From contig JAWLHR010000017.1 in assembly GCA_041690295.1 (NCBI GenBank), forward strand, positions 1 through 64,000: 64,000 bases of DNA, written 5' to 3'. The position numbers and the translations under genes were made by a program. A model generated the notes under the pieces. That model had not been told where the DNA came from. It saw only the letters and a program-made list of their open reading frames with translations, and made no database searches. Of the stretch, positions 1 to 8,879 are shown piece after piece (position 1 is the stretch's first letter; each line of letters begins with the position of its first letter). This stretch comes from Bdellovibrionales bacterium. Its GTDB lineage: Bacteria > Bdellovibrionota > Bdellovibrionia > Bdellovibrionales > UBA1609.

Positions 1-50
1 AGAACCCCGACCACTCCCCAGAAACGCATTAATCGCCATCTGTTTAACAT
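1..50 (-). CDS. 5' end of a CDS running off the window edge (MLNRWRLMRFWGVVGV...), possible signal peptide
   Basis: ATG at 50-48 preceded by a GGAG SD-like sequence; the frame stays open to the window edge. Confidence 0.4.
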   Translation of the reverse strand, partial: MLNRWRLMRFWGVVGV

Positions 51-269
51 CGCGACAACTCCATCCAACGTTCAAAGAACACTCGAATTGAACGCGTATG
101 GAATTCATCGGAAGATTAAGCACTTAGCCAAAGGCCGCGTCTCAAAATAGGTCGGAAAAAAAGTGCATTAAATTGAGACTAAACGTCAATTTTCTTCGGA
201 CATTCTTTAATTCAAAATTTCGTGAACTTTAAAAAATCGGCAGATCTGCAAATGACTTGAGCAGTTTAT

Positions 270-333
270 TAAAAGGTAGGCCGTTCCCTTTCAGGATGCG
301 TCTCGCCATTAAACAAGTAGGCCGTTCCTTTTC
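270..333 (+). repeat. Two tandem REP-like GTAG units (TAAAAGGTAGGCCGTTCCCTTTCAGGATGC and AAGTAGGCCGTTCCTTTTC)
   Basis: 270-299 is an exact reverse complement of 41692-41721; a second degenerate copy lies at about 315-333. Confidence 0.8.
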
Positions 334-374
334 GCGGCGGACCCAATATTCGTCTCAAAAGCAACCAAATCGTA

Positions 375-1271
375 TCACTTACAGCAAACAAGGATCGCTG
401 ACGTGACGGACGAGGTTGAATTAATACCGCTTCCACCGGCAATCGTACACCCTCCGTCTCTGGCTGTGGTTGACACAAATTTCGCAGGTTCGGCCCCGGC
501 TACGGGAATGGAATTACCGTTACCGTCATAGGGAAAACCGCCGCCACCACCGCCGCCCGCCATTCCGATACAAGTTAAAAGCTTTTCACCGCTTACGCAC
601 TGGCAATTAAAATTTCCATTCTGATTCCGATTGCACGTGGCCCCAAAAGCGCGAGTACCGGAAATTGTCACAACCCGGGTCACGCAATTGCCTTCGGGCA
701 GACTTCCCCCTCCCATTCCTAAAGACGAACACGATTGAATAATGGCTTGGCTGGGATTGGCGTCATCGGCACTAATGCTTAAGTCGATCGTCGGTGGACG
801 CAGTGCCATTCGCAAAGTCGCCGGATCAACCCTCAAAACCAGTTGTGCCCGATAGGCGCCCTGGATTCCTGGAGTGGCGGTGAAGTTTTGCAAATAGATA
901 TTTTCGATTCTTATGCCCGCGGTCATCCCCGGCAGATATTGACCCGTGCTGATCAACGGGTTCACCCCACGCGGCGGATTGCCGTTATCACAACCTGAAA
1001 AAACTGAATTCATAGGAACCGTGGCCGATGGATTTCCCGAATCAAATCGCAATCCGCGAAGATTACAGCCACAAACTTGTGAGTTGGTGAACAGATCGCG
1101 AACCATGTTCTCGGCGTTCAACAACTCCATTTTCTGGGAAAGTTTAGCCATGTTGTCGCTGAAATTACTCAGTGTAGCCGCGAGCACCATGGCGACCGTG
1201 CCAGCAACTCCCGCTCCAACCAGAACACTGACCAAAGAAAATCCAGCGGAAGCTTTTTTGTGCATAAGCAA
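375..1271 (-). CDS. Prepilin-like (type IV pilin/pseudopilin N-terminus) Cys-rich protein
   Basis: KKASAG|FSLVSVLVGAGVAGTVAMVLA class III signal peptide, with Ser instead of Glu at +5; Cys-rich C-terminal domain. Confidence 0.7.
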   Translation of the reverse strand: MLMHKKASAGFSLVSVLVGAGVAGTVAMVLAATLSNFSDNMAKLSQKMELLNAENMVRDLFTNSQVCGCNLRGLRFDSGNPSATVPMNSVFSGCDNGNPPRGVNPLISTGQYLPGMTAGIRIENIYLQNFTATPGIQGAYRAQLVLRVDPATLRMALRPPTIDLSISADDANPSQAIIQSCSSLGMGGGSLPEGNCVTRVVTISGTRAFGATCNRNQNGNFNCQCVSGEKLLTCIGMAGGGGGGGFPYDGNGNSIPVAGAEPAKFVSTTARDGGCTIAGGSGINSTSSVTSAILVCCK

Positions 1272-1376
1272 AATTATGCACAGTCCGGAGACGGATGAAA
1301 AGCCAATCTGATTGAATACTTAAGTTTAAGTGTTGTTGAACACCGGCCTGAGTAGAGCCACTCCACTCAGGTCACA

Positions 1377-1688
1377 CTACATGGTTTTTTTCGATCCGGT
1401 TTCACACTTGGTCAGCGAATATTCCGTGTCGGCCAACGCCTCGCCAAGTTCTTTTTCATTGATGACGTCATCAGATTTTTTAGTCTTGAGGTGCACCAAA
1501 CCGAATTTCTCTTTCTTTTCTTCCTGAATCGTGACTTCGCAAGTTGAGAACTTGTCATTGCACAGGCGATCCTTGACCATCTCCACACAACCACCACAGT
1601 GCATGCCTTTGATCTTGCACGTCTTCTCACCCGCATTGGACACGCCCGCCGCCAGGAGCAGAGTCAAAAACACAAAACACTTCGCCAT
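1377..1688 (-). CDS. Exported heavy-metal-associated (HMA) domain protein
   Basis: ATG 1688 with AGGAG SD; Sec signal MAKCFVFLTLLLAAGVSNA; GMHCGGC metal-binding motif. Confidence 0.75.
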   Translation of the reverse strand: MAKCFVFLTLLLAAGVSNAGEKTCKIKGMHCGGCVEMVKDRLCNDKFSTCEVTIQEEKKEKFGLVHLKTKKSDDVINEKELGEALADTEYSLTKCETGSKKTM

Positions 1689-1722
1689 TTGATGTCTCCT
1701 CGTAAAGATTAGAGCGAAAATA

Positions 1723-3747
1723 TCACTCCGCCCGCAGCGCTTCAATCACTTGTAGTTTTTCGGCCTTAACCGCGGGTCCCAGTCCGCTGAGTATCCCCGT
1801 CACCACGATGGCCACGAAGGCGAATCCAAACGCCAAAGGATCAAAAACCCATTCAAAACGAAGGTTTTCGATGAATCGCGAGCCGGCATAAATCAGGCCA
1901 TGGTAAACAATAAACCCGCCGATCAGGCCGATAAGCCCCGCGGTAAAGCACAGAAACAAAGACTCAGCGAAAAAGAGTTGCCGAATGGCCGTATGACTCG
2001 CACCGACCGCCTTTCGTAGGCCGATTTCGCGGAGCCGTTCATTGACCGAGACCAACATCATATTGGTGATCCCCATCCCGCCTACAATCAAAGTGACCGC
2101 CGCAATGCAACCTAAAAGCACCGTAAATAGATTTAAAAATCTGTTCATCTGCGCGATTAAAACCGTATTGCTCGAAGCACCGAACCGACCGGTATTTCCA
2201 TAGCGCTTTTCAAAATAAGCTTGAAGCTTGCGACCGGTTTCCGCGACATCCACCGAGGGATTTACTTCCACGTGAATTTCCCGCAAACGCCGAGTCCAAT
2301 GATGGAAGGGAAGCACCATAAAATAGGTGTAAGGCAAAGTGACTTCGAGATCCGGTCGAAACCGGCGCTCCTTGGTATAGGTGGGAGCCGCGACGCCGAT
2401 CACCTTACAGCTGAACGTGTTCTCGTCAATGGCCACCTGTAACGGTTCTCCGATCGGATTTTGTCTTTGAAATAATCGTTCCGCGATTTCAAATCCGATC
2501 ACGCAAACGGAACTGTTGTTTTCGATATGAAATTTCTGAATCGGAGAACCAAAGGCCATTTGCCGGCGAGTGATCGCGAAAGAATGTTCGTTCACTCCGC
2601 TGATCAAAATCTCATTCTCAATGCTTCGACCGGCATAAATGGCCGTATGGGAGGTACTGGTGAACGACGGCGCGATTCTTTGAATCTCAGGAAAGATCTT
2701 ACGCAAGGGATTTAAATCCCGTTCAACATCCAAGGCGTAAAACACCTGGCCTTTGATATCCTTGGCTTTAAGCCGCCAGTTGGGAGTGGCGTTGAACACC
2801 AAAGTGTTGACCCCGAGCATGGCATAAGACTGAAGAATTTTGTCCTTAGTGAACTTCCCCAGTGTCAGCATGGACAGAACCGACGCCACACCCACCACCA
2901 CGCCCATCATCGTCAAAAAGGTTCGCGCGCGATTACGGAACAAATTATCCAAGGCCTGTGGCAGCGACTCTCGGACTAAAGTGACTAAACCCAAATGGGT
3001 TAAACGGGGGTACTGGAAATCAATGGACGTTTCGTCGTTCGCTTCGTCCTTAATATCCGAGGGCTTTTCAATCACCCTCCCGTCACGAATCCAAATCGTG
3101 CGTTGGCATTGTTCCGCCACTTCCCGATCATGGGTGATGATGACGACGGTTTTGCCATCGGCGTTCAATTCTTTAAGCAAAGTCATGATTTCTTGTGACG
3201 ATTTGGAATCCAAATTGCCGGTTGGCTCATCGGCGAGAATAATCGGCGCATCACGAATCAAAGCGCGCGCGATCGCCACCCTTTGTTGTTGTCCGCCTGA
3301 CAACTGGTGCGGTTTATGATCGAGCCGGCTTTCTAAACCAAGTCGCTCCGCCAATTGCTTGGCCCGCGTGATCAAATTCCCGTCCGCCCCCGGTGCCTCC
3401 AAGGGGTACGCGGCGGGAAGCATTATGTTTCCTAAAACATCCCGGGACGGTAGTAGATGGAATTGCTGAAAAACAAAACCCAGGTGACGGTTGCGAAAAT
3501 AAGCTTTTTCCGTATCGCTCAGTCGCTCAACGTCTTGACCGAGAATCCTGATCGAGCCGCTGTCCGGCTTGAGCATGCACCCGAGCAAATAAAGTAAGGT
3601 GGATTTCCCCGATCCGGACGGCCCTTGGATGGCCACCATCTCACCCTCCCGGATCACGAGATCGATGCCTCTCAGCGCCGGAACGTCATGACCATCCAGG
3701 CGATAGGCGTAATGAACCGAGTTCAACCTAAAGGCGATTCGCTTCAC
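1723..3747 (-). CDS. macB: MacB-family ABC transporter, fused ATPase-permease
   Basis: Walker A GPSGSGKS, LSGGQQQRV signature, ILADEPTGNLD, periplasmic domain and FtsX-like C-terminal TMs (NMMLVSVNERLREIGLRKAVGA). Confidence 0.9.
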   Translation of the reverse strand: MKRIAFRLNSVHYAYRLDGHDVPALRGIDLVIREGEMVAIQGPSGSGKSTLLYLLGCMLKPDSGSIRILGQDVERLSDTEKAYFRNRHLGFVFQQFHLLPSRDVLGNIMLPAAYPLEAPGADGNLITRAKQLAERLGLESRLDHKPHQLSGGQQQRVAIARALIRDAPIILADEPTGNLDSKSSQEIMTLLKELNADGKTVVIITHDREVAEQCQRTIWIRDGRVIEKPSDIKDEANDETSIDFQYPRLTHLGLVTLVRESLPQALDNLFRNRARTFLTMMGVVVGVASVLSMLTLGKFTKDKILQSYAMLGVNTLVFNATPNWRLKAKDIKGQVFYALDVERDLNPLRKIFPEIQRIAPSFTSTSHTAIYAGRSIENEILISGVNEHSFAITRRQMAFGSPIQKFHIENNSSVCVIGFEIAERLFQRQNPIGEPLQVAIDENTFSCKVIGVAAPTYTKERRFRPDLEVTLPYTYFMVLPFHHWTRRLREIHVEVNPSVDVAETGRKLQAYFEKRYGNTGRFGASSNTVLIAQMNRFLNLFTVLLGCIAAVTLIVGGMGITNMMLVSVNERLREIGLRKAVGASHTAIRQLFFAESLFLCFTAGLIGLIGGFIVYHGLIYAGSRFIENLRFEWVFDPLAFGFAFVAIVVTGILSGLGPAVKAEKLQVIEALRAE

Positions 3748-4628
3748 GTGCCGCTCTCTAGAAGTTTCAAGAAGTCGACCTGCTCCACCCGCTCACCTTC
3801 ACGGAGCCCTTCCGTAATCTCAACGGCCATATCGGATTGATTGCCGATTTTGATGTCACGGCGTCGTCCTCGGGCATCGATAACGAAGTGCTGGTTGCCA
3901 TCGCGATTCACGAATTCATGGCCAAGATAAAGGACGTCGGTGAATCTCTCAGTGACAATGTCGATGATCGCGCTTTGTCCCGATCGGATATCGGGCGGCG
4001 GATCAAGGATTTCCACCTGCACTTTGAATGTGGATTGCTGGGACCTCCACCCATCGGCATCCTCAGCGGCCAGCTCGATGTTTCGCACCACACCTTTTAA
4101 TGATCCCTGTTTGATGGCGTTGACCTTGATGTCCACTTCCATTTCTTTTTTGATGCGGGCGGCGTCCGTTTCCGGCGCTTTAGCCACCACGAAGAAGCGC
4201 TCCAAATCATCGATACGGGCGATGATGTCCTTTGAGTCTTTATCGGAGACGTACTCACCTTCTTTTTTATTAATGGCCACCACGGTTCCCGAAAACGGGG
4301 CGCGAATCGGATAAACGGTTTCGGGACTTTGCAAAGACGTCGCAATGGAGATCACAGGAGCTCCACGCGGAACTTTCTGCCCGATTTCCACGAAAATCTT
4401 TTGTATATAGCCGGAATAGGGGGCCAGAAAAACCGTGCGTCTGGCCGGTTCAATCATTCCCGAAATCGTCACCCGGCTAACCAGGTCACCACGCTTCACC
4501 ACCCCAAACCGGCCACGGTGCGAACTTCTCCCTGATCCCAACCCCGGAGAGTAAACCTGCCAAACCACGCCCGCGCCTAAAAAAAATAGAATCACCAGGA
4601 TCCACTTACTTTTGGCGAAGGACTTCAT
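3744..4628 (-). CDS. MacA-like periplasmic adaptor (membrane fusion protein), short form
   Basis: N-terminal TM; lipoyl half-motifs APYSGYIQKIFVEIGQKV and IRAPFSGTV; C-terminal VEITEGLREGERV; lies between tolC-like and macB genes. Confidence 0.8.
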   Translation of the reverse strand: MKSFAKSKWILVILFFLGAGVVWQVYSPGLGSGRSSHRGRFGVVKRGDLVSRVTISGMIEPARRTVFLAPYSGYIQKIFVEIGQKVPRGAPVISIATSLQSPETVYPIRAPFSGTVVAINKKEGEYVSDKDSKDIIARIDDLERFFVVAKAPETDAARIKKEMEVDIKVNAIKQGSLKGVVRNIELAAEDADGWRSQQSTFKVQVEILDPPPDIRSGQSAIIDIVTERFTDVLYLGHEFVNRDGNQHFVIDARGRRRDIKIGNQSDMAVEITEGLREGERVEQVDFLKLLESGT

Positions 4629-5901
4629 AGAGATTTCCCTTGTGAAAAGCGTAAAGTAGCTGCTGCTTTTTCAAACCGAAATAGGAACTGGCGAACCTGG
4701 AGCGCGCTTCAAACAATGAGTTCAGGTTGGTGATCATGTCGAGGTAGGTGGCGCGGCCGCTGCGATGTTCAGCTTCGAGCACATTGTAGCTCTGCTCCTC
4801 GATATTCAACAGTTCTTTGGTGAGCTTTAATGTCTCGGAAAGTTCCTTAAGCTTCAAAAAAACTTCCCGAAGCTCATTGCCTAAGTTCAACAGTGCTTCG
4901 TGGCTTTGGGACTGAATGGTTTTCTCTTTTATGCGGGAAATTTGCAGATTACGGTGACGGGTCCCGAAGTCCCAGAGATTGTAGTTTAACTTCAGCAACA
5001 CCGAGCCCGTCCAGACTTCGGTATTCGCGAAACGGCGTCCGGTGTCCACATAGTTTTCATGCACGTTCGCGACTTCACCTTCGAGTAAGAGTTGAGGCCA
5101 GTACTCCCTCTCGACCAACCGGGTTTCAAGTTCGGCTTCTTTGTGCTGATATTTAAAGATTTTAGCCCTGCGGTGTTCCTCCGTCGTCAATTCGGACCAG
5201 GGGCCCGAGTCAATCGGGGAATTCAATTTCGCTTCTTCGACCTCGGCACCGATCTTATTCAGCTCGGCCAAACTCACACCGATTTGACTCGCAAGCCGCC
5301 GTTTAAGCATCTCCAATTCATTATCAGAGCGAAGCAAATCGATTTCGATCTTCCGCACTTCCGTCTCGATCCGCAAAACATCGCGCTTGGTTTTCAACCC
5401 TTGCTTGTAATAGGTTTCCATCGCGTGAAACTGGCGCAATAGTACCTTTTGCTTTAAATCCGCGATTCGTCGCGCCTGGGTGGCCGACGACCAGTCATAA
5501 AATGTGTTTGCGATCTTAAGTAACTGCTCATCGCGGGCGAGCTCATATTCAATGCGCGCGCGCTCCAAGCGCCGGTTCGCCAGCTTGTAATTGGTGATGC
5601 TTTTCCCGTTATCGTAAAGATTTTCTTTGGCGGTCAGGGCCACCTTTGATTTTATGGTCGACAACCGATCATCCGGCGGCGGGTTCTTGTCGACCCAGCC
5701 ATGTTCGGATTCGAGGTTCAACGTCGGTAAAAACGCGGCCCGGGCCGTGCGCAGTTCAAGCTGCGATTGTTCCAGCGCCAATCTCGAGCGCTGAATGACC
5801 GGCGAGTTTTTTTCGGCCAACTCGATGAGCCGCACGAGATCCGATTTGGGGGGAGCGGCAATCGCCGTCCCGAGCACAAAGAACAAGAAAAATAGATTCA
5901 C
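4606..5901 (-). CDS. TolC-family outer membrane efflux protein
   Basis: Signal peptide; ARAAFLPTLNL and REYWPQLLL OEP repeats; alpha-helical barrel pattern; operonic with the adaptor and macB. Confidence 0.85.
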   Translation of the reverse strand: MNLFFLFFVLGTAIAAPPKSDLVRLIELAEKNSPVIQRSRLALEQSQLELRTARAAFLPTLNLESEHGWVDKNPPPDDRLSTIKSKVALTAKENLYDNGKSITNYKLANRRLERARIEYELARDEQLLKIANTFYDWSSATQARRIADLKQKVLLRQFHAMETYYKQGLKTKRDVLRIETEVRKIEIDLLRSDNELEMLKRRLASQIGVSLAELNKIGAEVEEAKLNSPIDSGPWSELTTEEHRRAKIFKYQHKEAELETRLVEREYWPQLLLEGEVANVHENYVDTGRRFANTEVWTGSVLLKLNYNLWDFGTRHRNLQISRIKEKTIQSQSHEALLNLGNELREVFLKLKELSETLKLTKELLNIEEQSYNVLEAEHRSGRATYLDMITNLNSLFEARSRFASSYFGLKKQQLLYAFHKGNLYEVLRQK

Positions 5902-5942
5902 CGGCTTGGCTCCATTCTCTTCAATGTGTTAGCGTAACGTAA

Positions 5943-6683
5943 ATGTCATCAAAACAAAACCCGGAAAACTTCTCGCGTGATTTGATATTTCTGATCCTCA
6001 GCGGGATTTTCATCGCCAATGCACTCTTGGCCGAAATTATTGGATCTAAACTTTTTCAGGTCGGCCCTTTCACGTTGAGCATGGGTGTCATCATTTGGCC
6101 GGTGGTTTTTATCACGACGGATTTGATTAATGAATATTTCGGCCGCCAAGGTGTTAAAAGACTTTCATTATTCACCGCGGTCCTGGTCGTGTACGCATTC
6201 GCGGTCTTCTTCGTGGGCATGCAGATTCCGGCGGTCCATTTTTCGCCCGTGCAAGATGAACCATTTCGCACCGTATTCGGGCAGTCCATGTGGATTATCG
6301 CCGGCAGCATTTTGGCTTTTCTCTTCAGCCAGTTGGTGGATGTTGTGGTTTTCTGGATCATCCGGGCCCGCACCCAAGGAAAGATGCTCTGGCTCAGAGC
6401 CACCGGTTCCACGATCGTCTCTCAATTCATTGACACTTTTATCGTGGGGACCATCGGTCTTTACTTACCTGGCCTTTTAAATTTGCTCCCGCCCGGACAA
6501 CAGCCCATGACATTCGAACAACTGACGGTCACGAGCCTATCGGGATATTCGTTTAAGCTCTGTGTGGCGATCGGCATGACTCCTTTTATTTATCTGGGCC
6601 ATGCCCTTATCGATCGGGCGCTGGGTAAAAAGACCGCTAACCAATTGATAGATGAGGCGGCCCGTATAAGTCTTGGACGGTAA
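5943..6683 (+). CDS. yhhQ: Queuosine precursor transporter (YhhQ/VUT family)
   Basis: Multi-TM protein; WPVVFITTDLINEYFG, GSILAFLFSQLVDV and WLRATGSTIVSQFIDTF motifs. Confidence 0.85.
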   Translation: MSSKQNPENFSRDLIFLILSGIFIANALLAEIIGSKLFQVGPFTLSMGVIIWPVVFITTDLINEYFGRQGVKRLSLFTAVLVVYAFAVFFVGMQIPAVHFSPVQDEPFRTVFGQSMWIIAGSILAFLFSQLVDVVVFWIIRARTQGKMLWLRATGSTIVSQFIDTFIVGTIGLYLPGLLNLLPPGQQPMTFEQLTVTSLSGYSFKLCVAIGMTPFIYLGHALIDRALGKKTANQLIDEAARISLGR

Positions 6684-6695
6684 AATTCAAAATTT

Positions 6696-6710
6696 GGCTC
6701 ATATTGATAC
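6696..6710. promoter_or_regulatory. Palindromic operator-like site GGCTCA-TAT-TGATAC
   Basis: Matches the 15-bp motif repeated five times at 17063-17294; lies upstream of the lipoprotein at 6833. Confidence 0.4.
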
Positions 6711-6832
6711 ACGTCAAGGCGCCTCGTTTACTCCGGTATCTTAATGCGGTATGTTAGTAATGTCGCTACTGGTGTAGCCAGCGCAATCATCACGTTTCAC
6801 GGACGTGCGCCACGAACACACAAGATCACTTT

Positions 6833-8095
6833 TTGAGGGGGTTTTTAGTGGTCGCAGGTTCCGTGAGGATACTTATCGTTCTGGTGTCATTTTCTCTTGC
6901 CACAGTCGGTTGTACCGCCGCGAAGTTCACAACTAAAGATGCCGCTCTTTCTAAATCCGTCATGGATGCGGAAGGATCCATTTTTCAAGGGGATGACGCT
7001 GGTAACGGAATCCAGCAGGTCGATAACGGCAATGCCACGGGGAACCTGAATCAAGGCAATGATGATGACGATGACGCTAATGGTTCTCTAAACCAGCTCG
7101 ACGACCTGCTGAACGGCGGGGCCCGCGGACAGTTGAATCAACCCGACGGCACCAACGATGAAGTGGACATCCGCTTGATCTGTTCCGACAGCCGCTCAAA
7201 GGACAACATGAATTTCAAGCGCGCCCTCGCCACCGGCGGAACCATCGTTCTCGCGCTTGATGGAAAGATCTGTACGAACAACGTCAACGAAATCAAAGCC
7301 CTCGTTGAGAAAAAGAATATCACCATCGCGGACGCCCAACGGCTTTGCCCGGAATTGGTGCCGCCCATGGGTGAATGGGCCAGCGTTGAGATCATTATCA
7401 ACGGCGAGAGCAATCCCTCCCGCCGGGGCGTGATTGAACTTCTTTACGCGCGCAATGATGACACAAGCGTGCCCAGCGAAGCCGCGGACGAAAACTGTGA
7501 CAAGCGCAAATCGCCGCTCGTTATCAATATCGCCTCCGATGTTAACAACCCGAAACCCATCTCGCTGTCTTCACCCACTGACGGCGTGTTCTTCGACATT
7601 CTCGGCTCCGTCGGTAATTATGTTCCGGTTCGAATTTCATGGTTCACCAATACGGACTACCGCCTGCTCACTTTGCCCAATGAGGACGGCGACGTTCTTT
7701 CGATCGATGAGCTTTTCGGCGACAACACCCTTGGTCCAGATGGCAAATACGCCGACGACGGGTACGCGGCTTTGGCCAAGTATGATGGAAAATCAGCCGA
7801 TGGTGTGTTTCACATCGCCGAGCCGGACGGTTATATCACCCCGGCCGACGGCGTGTTCGAACATCTCCGCCTCTGGTTGGATGAAAACTTCAATGGCCGG
7901 GCCGAGCCGCACGAACTGGTCAGCCTGGCAAGCGTGGGAATCAGCTACATCGATCTGAATTACTCCACCGATTATGCCGAAGAGGATGTGTACGGGAACC
8001 AGACCAAAATGAAATCCGTGGTTGGTTATACGGACGGCACTTTGGATCTGATATTTGATTTGTGGTTTAATGTGAATCTTGGAGATACAAAATGA
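6833..8095 (+). CDS. Lipoprotein with C-terminal FrpC SPM/MIIA-like Ca-binding autoprocessing-type domain (Ser-Pro variant), paralog A
   Basis: Lipobox TVGC; Asp/Asn/Gly linker; SPLV...FFD...ELFGDNT...GYAALAKYD...LRLWLDEN.NG...ELVSL...GI..IDL.Y resembles the FrpC SPM; exact start uncertain (6833 or 6848). Confidence 0.75.
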   Translation: MRGFLVVAGSVRILIVLVSFSLATVGCTAAKFTTKDAALSKSVMDAEGSIFQGDDAGNGIQQVDNGNATGNLNQGNDDDDDANGSLNQLDDLLNGGARGQLNQPDGTNDEVDIRLICSDSRSKDNMNFKRALATGGTIVLALDGKICTNNVNEIKALVEKKNITIADAQRLCPELVPPMGEWASVEIIINGESNPSRRGVIELLYARNDDTSVPSEAADENCDKRKSPLVINIASDVNNPKPISLSSPTDGVFFDILGSVGNYVPVRISWFTNTDYRLLTLPNEDGDVLSIDELFGDNTLGPDGKYADDGYAALAKYDGKSADGVFHIAEPDGYITPADGVFEHLRLWLDENFNGRAEPHELVSLASVGISYIDLNYSTDYAEEDVYGNQTKMKSVVGYTDGTLDLIFDLWFNVNLGDTK

Positions 8096-8820
8096 AAAAA
8101 CCAATCAAGCTACTGGTGACATTGGTCGGGGCCATCGGGTTTGCACTGGCCTTTCAAAACTGCTCCGACGTGAACTTCGGCCAAAGCTCCAGCAGTCCTA
8201 ACCAATCCGCCAATGGCGGCGCGGGCGGCCCTGGTGGCGCGGGCGGAGATGCCGGCGGCGTTATCGGTCAAGATGGCGGCGGAGGTGGCGGTAACGGCGG
8301 CAATGGTGGTCCTGGCGACCCTAATAATCCGGGTGGCGGTGGTAACGGCGGCAATGGTCCCGGTGATCCCAACAATCCAGGCGGCGGTGGTAACGGCGGT
8401 ACCGGTCCGGTGAACAATCCTCCGGGAGGAACCACTCCTCCGGGCGGAACGGCTCCTCCGGGAACTCCCTTAGCTCCGGTCTCGATCATTCCACGGGTCG
8501 TGTTTATTGGACCGCCCTGTGTTCGCGGAACGAACTGCTTGGTGGCCTTTGAACTGGATCAACCCTACGCGAACCGGGTCGACTTTGACTGGCGCACGAA
8601 TGACACGATTTGGACAACACCCAGTACGCCGATTTACGGTAAACCGAATTATCACTATGTTCCGACCAGCGGACATATCACCTTCATGCCCGGCGAAATC
8701 CGTAAAGAGGTTTACGTGCAGAACATCAATCCCGACAACGTTTCCATTTTGATCGGGATTATCATGTCCAACTGTAATTACGGCGGTGCCGCGCACGGCT
8801 GTACACAGTTCTTTAGATAA
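8092..8820 (+). CDS. FQNC-type lipoprotein with Gly/Asn/Pro repeat linker and Calx-beta-like C-terminal domain
   Basis: LAFQNC lipobox; GGNGGNG(G)PGDPNNPGG repeats; VDFDWRTND...HYVPTSGHITFMPGEIRKEVYV Calx-beta-like pattern; ATGA overlap with the upstream gene. Confidence 0.7.
   Translation: MKKPIKLLVTLVGAIGFALAFQNCSDVNFGQSSSSPNQSANGGAGGPGGAGGDAGGVIGQDGGGGGGNGGNGGPGDPNNPGGGGNGGNGPGDPNNPGGGGNGGTGPVNNPPGGTTPPGGTAPPGTPLAPVSIIPRVVFIGPPCVRGTNCLVAFELDQPYANRVDFDWRTNDTIWTTPSTPIYGKPNYHYVPTSGHITFMPGEIRKEVYVQNINPDNVSILIGIIMSNCNYGGAAHGCTQFFR
8275..8470 (+). repeat. In-frame coding repeats (about 48-51 nt GGNGGNGPGDPNNPGG units, then PPGGT units)
   Basis: Visible in both DNA and protein. Confidence 0.75.
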
Positions 8821-8832
8821 CCATTTCATGAG

Positions 8833-8866
8833 CGTCGCTTATCGAAAGTGAATTTGATAAGCGACG
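8833..8866. terminator. Hairpin between convergent genes, probable bidirectional terminator
   Basis: CGTCGCTTATC (8833-8843) pairs with GATAAGCGACG (8856-8866); no strong U tract. Confidence 0.55.
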
Positions 8867-8879
8867 AATCGCAAAAACC

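Noticed and set aside
269..478. 69-aa ORF on the minus strand
   Set aside because: It overlaps the prepilin gene out of frame and ends in the translated REP-like repeat (HPERERPTF, also seen in ORF 41618..41803), so it is spurious
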